Shown piece by piece: positions 58,729 through 64,000 of a stretch of 64,000 nucleotides of DNA. Origin of the DNA: Pseudomonadota bacterium. GTDB lineage: Bacteria; Pseudomonadota; Gammaproteobacteria; Burkholderiales; Burkholderiaceae_C. The position numbers and the translations under genes are program-made. Location: assembly GCA_039798945.1 (NCBI GenBank), contig JBDKFA010000352.1, positions 6,262 through 70,261 of the forward strand. Reading direction: 5' to 3'. Numbering within the stretch: the stretch's first letter is position 1; every line of letters starts with the position of its first letter. The notes beneath the pieces were generated by a model, which did no database searches, was not told the origin of the DNA, and saw nothing but the letters and a program-made list of their open reading frames with translations.

Positions 58729-59634
58729 ATGGACAAGCTCAAGCAGCTGGAATCCTTCGTCGCGGTCGCCACCAAGGGGACGCTGACGGCCACCGCGCTG
58801 GCCGAGGGTGTGGCCCCGGCGGTCATCGGCCGGCGCATCGATGCGCTGGAAGAGCGTCTGGGCGTGAAGCTGCTCGTGCGCACCACGCGCCGCATCACGC
58901 TCACCTACGAAGGTGCCGCGTTCCTCGAGGACTGCCAGCGCGTGCTGGGCGAGCTGGCCAGCGCCGAGGCGGCGGTGAGCGCAGGCGGCGTGCGCGCGAG
59001 CGGCCACCTGCGCATCACCGCGCCCGCGGGCTTCGGGCGCCGCCACGTGGCGCCGCTGGTGCCGGCCTTCCTGGCCGAGCATCCGGAGGTGAGCGTCTCG
59101 CTGAACCTCTCGGACCGCGTGGTGGACCTCGTCAACGAAGGCTACGACTGCGCGATCCGCGTGGGCGACCTGCCCGACTCGAGCCTAGTCAGCGTGCGCC
59201 TGGCCGACAACCGCCGGCTGTGCGTGGCGGCTCCCGCCTACCTGCAGCGCGCCGGCGTGCCGCGGCACCCGGCCGACCTCGCGCGCCACGCCTGCCTGAC
59301 GCTGAGCTCGGAGGCGAGCCAGACCCGCGGCTGGGCGTTCCGCGTGGACGGCCAGCTCACGCACCTGCGCCCGCGCGGGCGGCTGGACTGCAGCGACGGC
59401 CAGGTGCTGCATGGCTGGTGCCTGGCGGGCCTGGGCATCGCCTGGCGCAGCACCTGGGAGGTGGCCGCAGACGTCGCCGCGGGTCGGCTGCAGGTGCTGC
59501 TGGAGGAGTTCGCGGCGCCGCCTAACGGCATCTACGCCGTGTTCGCGCACGCCAAGCACCTGCCGCTGCGCGTGCGCGTGTGGATCGACTTCGTGAAGTC
59601 GCGCTTCGGCGAGCCCGGCTACTGGGCGAGTTGA
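58729..59634 (+). CDS. LysR-family transcriptional regulator (CrgA-like), divergent from glcB
   Basis: N-terminal HTH, LEERLGVKLLVRTTR, DCAIRVG. Confidence 0.93.
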   Translation: MDKLKQLESFVAVATKGTLTATALAEGVAPAVIGRRIDALEERLGVKLLVRTTRRITLTYEGAAFLEDCQRVLGELASAEAAVSAGGVRASGHLRITAPAGFGRRHVAPLVPAFLAEHPEVSVSLNLSDRVVDLVNEGYDCAIRVGDLPDSSLVSVRLADNRRLCVAAPAYLQRAGVPRHPADLARHACLTLSSEASQTRGWAFRVDGQLTHLRPRGRLDCSDGQVLHGWCLAGLGIAWRSTWEVAADVAAGRLQVLLEEFAAPPNGIYAVFAHAKHLPLRVRVWIDFVKSRFGEPGYWAS

Positions 59635-59650
59635 GCCGCGCCGGGAAGCG

Positions 59651-59935
59651 TCACTTCTTGGCGCCGGCCGCGTCGGCGACGCACTTCTTGATGTGGCTGT
59701 CCTTGGCCGCGCCAGCGAGCTTCTTGTCGGCAGCCGACTTCTCGCACGCGGCCTGGGCGGAACCGGCCGCGCCGCCCGCGTCGGCGATGCACTTCTTGAT
59801 GTGGCTGTCCTTGGCCGCGCCAGCGAGCTTCTTGTCGGCAGCCGACTTCTCGCACATCGCCTTCGCATCGGCGAATGCGGCCGGGCTGGCGAGCAGGCCG
59901 AGGGCAAGGGCAGCAGCGGTGAGCAGGGTCTTCAT
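59651..59935 (-). CDS. PsiF-repeat small exported protein
   Basis: Signal peptide plus two CEKSAADKKLAGAAKDSHIKKC units. Confidence 0.85.
   Translation of the reverse strand: MKTLLTAAALALGLLASPAAFADAKAMCEKSAADKKLAGAAKDSHIKKCIADAGGAAGSAQAACEKSAADKKLAGAAKDSHIKKCVADAAGAKK
59681..59855. repeat. Identical 67-bp direct repeat x2 within the PsiF-like gene
   Basis: 59681-59747 equals 59789-59855. Confidence 0.85.
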
Positions 59936-60116
59936 CGGAATCTCCAGGTGCGCCGGCGCCAGCCACTCGGGCCGCGTCCGTACGAGGGGTGAGAAAGGGG
60001 TGAACGGGCAAGGCGTAGGCACACGCCGGCGCCGATTGCACCAGACCCGCACCCGACGCACCTATCCCTGGAAACCCGGCCGTGGCCCCGCGGGAACACG
60101 CGGGCAGGCCCGCCAC

Positions 60117-61595
60117 TCAGCCCAATCGCGACTCGGCAAACGGCCTCGGTGCAGAGCGGCTGCGGTCGCGCGGCTGCGGCTGCGGCTGCGGGCGGGCAGG
60201 CCCACCCCGCGACGGCACAGCCCCGGGTGACACTGCCGCCACCGGGTCGGCCGCGCGTGCCTGCGCGAGGCTCTCCTGCGCCGCGTGCAGCCTGCGCACC
60301 AGCACCTTGATGAAGGCCGCATCGAAGCGCGAACGCGTGCCCAGCGTCGTCTGGCGCAGGCTGTCGGGCGTGAAGCACACGGTGGTGGCGGGCTGGCTGG
60401 CCACCACGTCGGCGCTGTGCGTGCGCAGCGCCGGGTTCGGCGCCAGGTAGGACATCTCGCCCACCGACGTCCCGGCATCCATGCTCGCCACGAGGCGGCC
60501 TTCGCGGAACACCTCGACCTGACCCTGCGCGATGATGTGGAAGCTGCTGCCCACCTCGCCCTTTCGGTAGATGTGCTCGCCGCGCGCGAAACGCTGCCAG
60601 CGCGCGCGCCGCGCCACCTCCCACAACTGCACGTCGTCGAAGTCGGCGAAGAACTCGAGCGCGCGCAGCAGGCTGAAGCGCTCGGAGTCCAGCACGCTTT
60701 GCGTCGTGGCGCGGGGCACCTGCTGCCAGCGCACGAGCGCAGCCAGCCCGCTGGCGAAAGCCTCCCACGTGGCGGGGCGCTCCTCGCGCCGGCGCGAGAG
60801 CGCGCGGCGCAGGAAGTTGTCCAGCGCCGGCGTCACGCCCTCCCTCTGGCCGACGAGCGAGGCGACCTCGCCGTGCGCGATCGCCTGCAACATCGCCGCC
60901 TGCGTGGGCGCCTGCACCGGCGGGCGCCCGCAGACCAGCTGGTACATCACCGCCGCCAGCGCGTACATGTCCGCGCGCGCGTCGAGCTCGATGCCCTCGA
61001 GCTGCTCGGGCGCCATGTAGCTGAGCGAGCCCACGCGCAGCACCTGGGTATGGTCCGAGCCCAGGTTGAGCACGCTGCCGAAGTCGGTGATCTTCACCTC
61101 CTGGACCTCGGTGCCGGACGGGTCCGTCACACACAGCACGTTGGCCGGCTTGATGTCGCGGTGGATCAGCCCCTGGCGCCAGCAGTAGCCGAGCGCACTG
61201 GCGCACTTGAAGCCCACTTCCACGATCTGCTCGAGCGACATGAGCCGGTCCGGCCGGCACCAGTGCTTGAGCGTCTCGCCGGCCACGTGCTCCATCACGA
61301 GGTAGGGCTGCGCGCCGTCGGTGGCGGCGTCCAGCAGCTGCACGATGTTCGGGTGCGCGAGCCGCCCGACGAGCGCTGCCTCGGCGGCGAAGAAGCGGCC
61401 GGCGTGGTGCGCGTCGATGTCCTCGCTGCCCGCGGCGGCCAGCCTCAGTCGCTTGACGGCCACGTCACGCCCGCGAAACCCGTCTTCGGCGAGGAAGACC
61501 TCGCTCGTGGCCCCCTCGCCGATGCGGGCACGCACGCGGTAGCGGCCGATCTGCCGGGGAAGTGCAGGGGAAGGCAACAGGCTGGATTCGGACAT
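60117..61595 (-). CDS. Hanks-type Ser/Thr kinase with C-terminal cyclic-nucleotide-binding domain
   Basis: [30 protein letters not shown]; then GEHIYRKGE...GEMSYL cNMP fold. Confidence 0.9.
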   Translation of the reverse strand: MSESSLLPSPALPRQIGRYRVRARIGEGATSEVFLAEDGFRGRDVAVKRLRLAAAGSEDIDAHHAGRFFAAEAALVGRLAHPNIVQLLDAATDGAQPYLVMEHVAGETLKHWCRPDRLMSLEQIVEVGFKCASALGYCWRQGLIHRDIKPANVLCVTDPSGTEVQEVKITDFGSVLNLGSDHTQVLRVGSLSYMAPEQLEGIELDARADMYALAAVMYQLVCGRPPVQAPTQAAMLQAIAHGEVASLVGQREGVTPALDNFLRRALSRRREERPATWEAFASGLAALVRWQQVPRATTQSVLDSERFSLLRALEFFADFDDVQLWEVARRARWQRFARGEHIYRKGEVGSSFHIIAQGQVEVFREGRLVASMDAGTSVGEMSYLAPNPALRTHSADVVASQPATTVCFTPDSLRQTTLGTRSRFDAAFIKVLVRRLHAAQESLAQARAADPVAAVSPGAVPSRGGPARPQPQPQPRDRSRSAPRPFAESRLG

Positions 61596-61795
61596 CGTGC
61601 GCGCGCGGGAGGAAAGCGGGGGAGCCGCCGGGAGACAGCCAGCCGCAGGTGCGCCGGTGCGCAGATGCGCACGCGGGTCGCGGCCCGCGGGCCCACACCG
61701 GCTCGGCCAATGCTGCCGCAGCGGCGGCGCACCGATGCGGGGAGCAGCGCGGCAAAGCCCGCCCACTTCGCCCCCGGACCGTAGAATCCCTCCCC

Positions 61796-63514
61796 ATGCA
61801 ACAGGCCCAACATGCGCTGCTGGAGGCGTTGCGAGCGGCGCTGGCCGAGGTGGCCCCGGGCAGCGACGTGCCCGCCGTCTTCGAAACCCCCCGCCAGGCC
61901 GCCCACGGCGACCTCGCCATCACCTGCGCCATGGCGCTCGCTCGCCCGCTGCGCCGCAACCCGCGCGAGGTCGCACAGGCTCTGGTGCAGGCCCTCGAGC
62001 GCCAGAGCGCCTGTGTGCAGTACGTGCAGGCCTTCGAGATCGCCGGCCCGGGCTTCATCAACCTGCGCCTGGCGGCCGCCGCCAAGCAGGCCGTCGTCGC
62101 CGAGGTGCTGCGAGCCGGCGACTGCTACGGCTTCAAGCCGGCCAACGGCCAGCGCGTGATGGTGGAGTTCGTCTCGGCCAACCCCACGGGCCCGCTGCAC
62201 GTGGGCCACGGGCGCAATGCCGCGCTCGGCGACAGCCTGTGCCACCTGCTGGCAACCCAAGGCTGGCAGGTGCACCGCGAGTTCTACTACAACGACGCGG
62301 GCGTGCAGATCCACACGCTGGCGCTGTCCACGCAGGCCCGCCTGCGCGGCTTCAAGCCCGGCGATGTGCAGTGGCCCGAGCAGGCCTACAACGGCGACTA
62401 CATCGCCGACATCGCGGCAGACTTCGCCGCGCGCAAGACGGTGCACGCCGACGACCGCGCCACCACCGCCTCGGGCGACCCGGACGACCTGGACGGCATC
62501 CGCGAGTTCGCGGTGGCCTACCTGCGCCACGAGCAGGACCTCGACCTGCGCGCCTTCGGCGTGCATTTCGACCAGTACTACCTGGAGTCCAGCGTCTACA
62601 CCGACGGCCGCGTGGAAGACGCCGTGCAGCGTCTCGTCGCCTCGGGCCGCACCTACGAGCGCGACGGCGCGCTGTGGCTGCGCAGCACCGATTACGGCGA
62701 CGACAAGGACCGCGTGATGCGCAAGTCCGACGGCACCTACACCTACTTCGTGCCCGACGTCGCGTACCACATCTCCAAGTTCGAGCGTGGCTACACGAAG
62801 GTCATCAACGTCCAGGGGACCGACCACCACGGCACGGTGGCGCGCGTGCGCGCGGGGCTGCAGGCCGCGGGGGTGGGCATCCCCGCCGGCTACCCCGACT
62901 ACGTGCTCTACAAGATGGTCACCGTCGTGCGCGGCGGCCAGGAGGTGAAGATCTCCAAGCGCGCGGGCAGCTACGTGACGCTGCGCGACCTGATCGACTG
63001 GACGAGCCGCGACGCGGTGCGCTTCTTCCTGGCCAGCCGCAAGGCCGACACCGAGTTCACCTTCGACATCGACCTCGCGCTCAAGGCCAACGACGAGAAC
63101 CCGGTGTTCTACGTGCAGTACGCGCACGCGCGCATCTGCTCGGTGCTGGCTCGCTGGCAGGAGGAGCACGGCGGAGTCCTTCACACCCTGGCCGAGCAGG
63201 CCGAACTTGCGCGCCTGGTGGCACCCGCCGAGTCGGCGCTGATGCTCAAGCTCGCCGAGTACCCGGCCATGCTGGCGCGCGCCGCGGCCGAGCTCGCGCC
63301 GCACGACGTGGCCTTCTACCTGCGCGAGCTCGCCGCGCTCGTGCACAGCTACTACGTGGCCGAGAAGTTCCTGGTGGAGGGCGACGCGGCGCTCACCCGC
63401 GCGCGCATGGCGCTCTTGGCGGCCACGCGCCAGGTGCTCGCCTCGGCGCTTGCGCTGCTGGGCGCGGGCGCGCCTGCGGCGATGTCCCGTCCGGCCGAGG
63501 AGCCCTCGGCATGA
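61796..63514 (+). CDS. argS: Arginine--tRNA ligase
   Basis: [49 protein letters not shown]. Confidence 0.97.
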   Translation: MQQAQHALLEALRAALAEVAPGSDVPAVFETPRQAAHGDLAITCAMALARPLRRNPREVAQALVQALERQSACVQYVQAFEIAGPGFINLRLAAAAKQAVVAEVLRAGDCYGFKPANGQRVMVEFVSANPTGPLHVGHGRNAALGDSLCHLLATQGWQVHREFYYNDAGVQIHTLALSTQARLRGFKPGDVQWPEQAYNGDYIADIAADFAARKTVHADDRATTASGDPDDLDGIREFAVAYLRHEQDLDLRAFGVHFDQYYLESSVYTDGRVEDAVQRLVASGRTYERDGALWLRSTDYGDDKDRVMRKSDGTYTYFVPDVAYHISKFERGYTKVINVQGTDHHGTVARVRAGLQAAGVGIPAGYPDYVLYKMVTVVRGGQEVKISKRAGSYVTLRDLIDWTSRDAVRFFLASRKADTEFTFDIDLALKANDENPVFYVQYAHARICSVLARWQEEHGGVLHTLAEQAELARLVAPAESALMLKLAEYPAMLARAAAELAPHDVAFYLRELAALVHSYYVAEKFLVEGDAALTRARMALLAATRQVLASALALLGAGAPAAMSRPAEEPSA

Positions 63515-64000
63515 CGGCCCGCGCGCAGCGCGGGGCTTTCCTGCCCGGCTTCCTCGCCGGGCTCGTGACGGGCCTGGCGGTGGCGCTGGCGGTGGCGCTG
63601 TACGTCACGAAGACGCCAGTGCCCTTCGTCGACAAGTTGCCGCAGCGCACGGCCGAGCAGGACGCCGCCGAGGCGGCGAAGAACCGCAACTGGGACCCGA
63701 ATGCCGCGCTTCCAGGCAAGGGCGTGCGGCCGGCGGCGGCGCCTGCTTCCGCCGCCGCGGCATCCGCGGCTTCCGGCGCTGGCGCAGCCGCCTCGGCGGC
63801 CGCCGGGCCAGGCCAGTCCGCGCGTGACCCGGCAGCCATCCTGGCCGGGGCCGCGGTACCGGCCACGTCCGCCTCGGCCGTACGCGTCGAGCCCAAGTCC
63901 GGCGAAGCCAAGGGTGACGCCAAGGCCGGCGCACCGCGCCCGGGCGAGCTCTACCTCGTGCAGGCGGGAGCCTTCCAGCGTGCGGAGGAAGCCGAAGCCC
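63511..64000 (+). CDS. SPOR-domain cell division protein (FtsN-like), 3' partial
   Basis: ATGA overlap with argS; QRG...[18 protein letters not shown], low-complexity linker, start of SPOR ([14 protein letters not shown]); the usual argS-SPOR synteny. Confidence 0.82.
   Translation, partial: MTARAQRGAFLPGFLAGLVTGLAVALAVALYVTKTPVPFVDKLPQRTAEQDAAEAAKNRNWDPNAALPGKGVRPAAAPASAAAASAASGAGAAASAAAGPGQSARDPAAILAGAAVPATSASAVRVEPKSGEAKGDAKAGAPRPGELYLVQAGAFQRAEEAEA

Noticed and set aside
56407-59634. 1075-aa ORF ending in a LysR domain
   Set aside because: The N-terminal portion is antisense to glcB; LysR starts at ATG 58729.

Overview
A very GC-rich (roughly 70% by eye) chromosomal segment whose gene content points to a Burkholderiales-type betaproteobacterium (Rubrivivax/Ideonella-like; inferred). 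About 50 genes. No rRNA, tRNA, CRISPR array or transposase was recognised. Four blocks: (1) 1-27.4 kb, a nucleotide/nucleoside scavenging region: URC1-like GTP cyclohydrolase II, PHYHD1-like dioxygenase, Oar-type TonB receptor, add, two BMP-family ABC systems, cdd, purine nucleoside phosphorylase, deoC, 5'-nucleotidase, deoA, purB, pyrF, and a candidate xanthine (NMT1) riboswitch. (2) 27.5-38.5 kb, a cell-surface block: an MHFG-family PEP-CTERM protein, a LapD receptor flanked by two LapG proteases, a LapBCE type I secretion system with no adhesin in the window, a DUF3011-ricin lectin and an EF-hand protein. (3) 41-52 kb, a LacI-controlled sugar ABC transporter plus two sulfatases, a formylglycine-generating enzyme and a Bug/TctC protein. 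(4) 52-64 kb: an AfuA/PgtC-like ABC system, glcB, LysR, a PsiF-repeat protein, a Ser/Thr kinase with a cNMP-binding domain, argS and a partial SPOR protein. Most interesting lead: the PEP-CTERM protein abutting lapG carries a TAAG(P) LapG-type cleavage motif between its folded domain and its anchor. This suggests c-di-GMP-gated proteolysis of an exosortase substrate (inference, untested). Start codons were chosen by eye and many differ from the ORF track.
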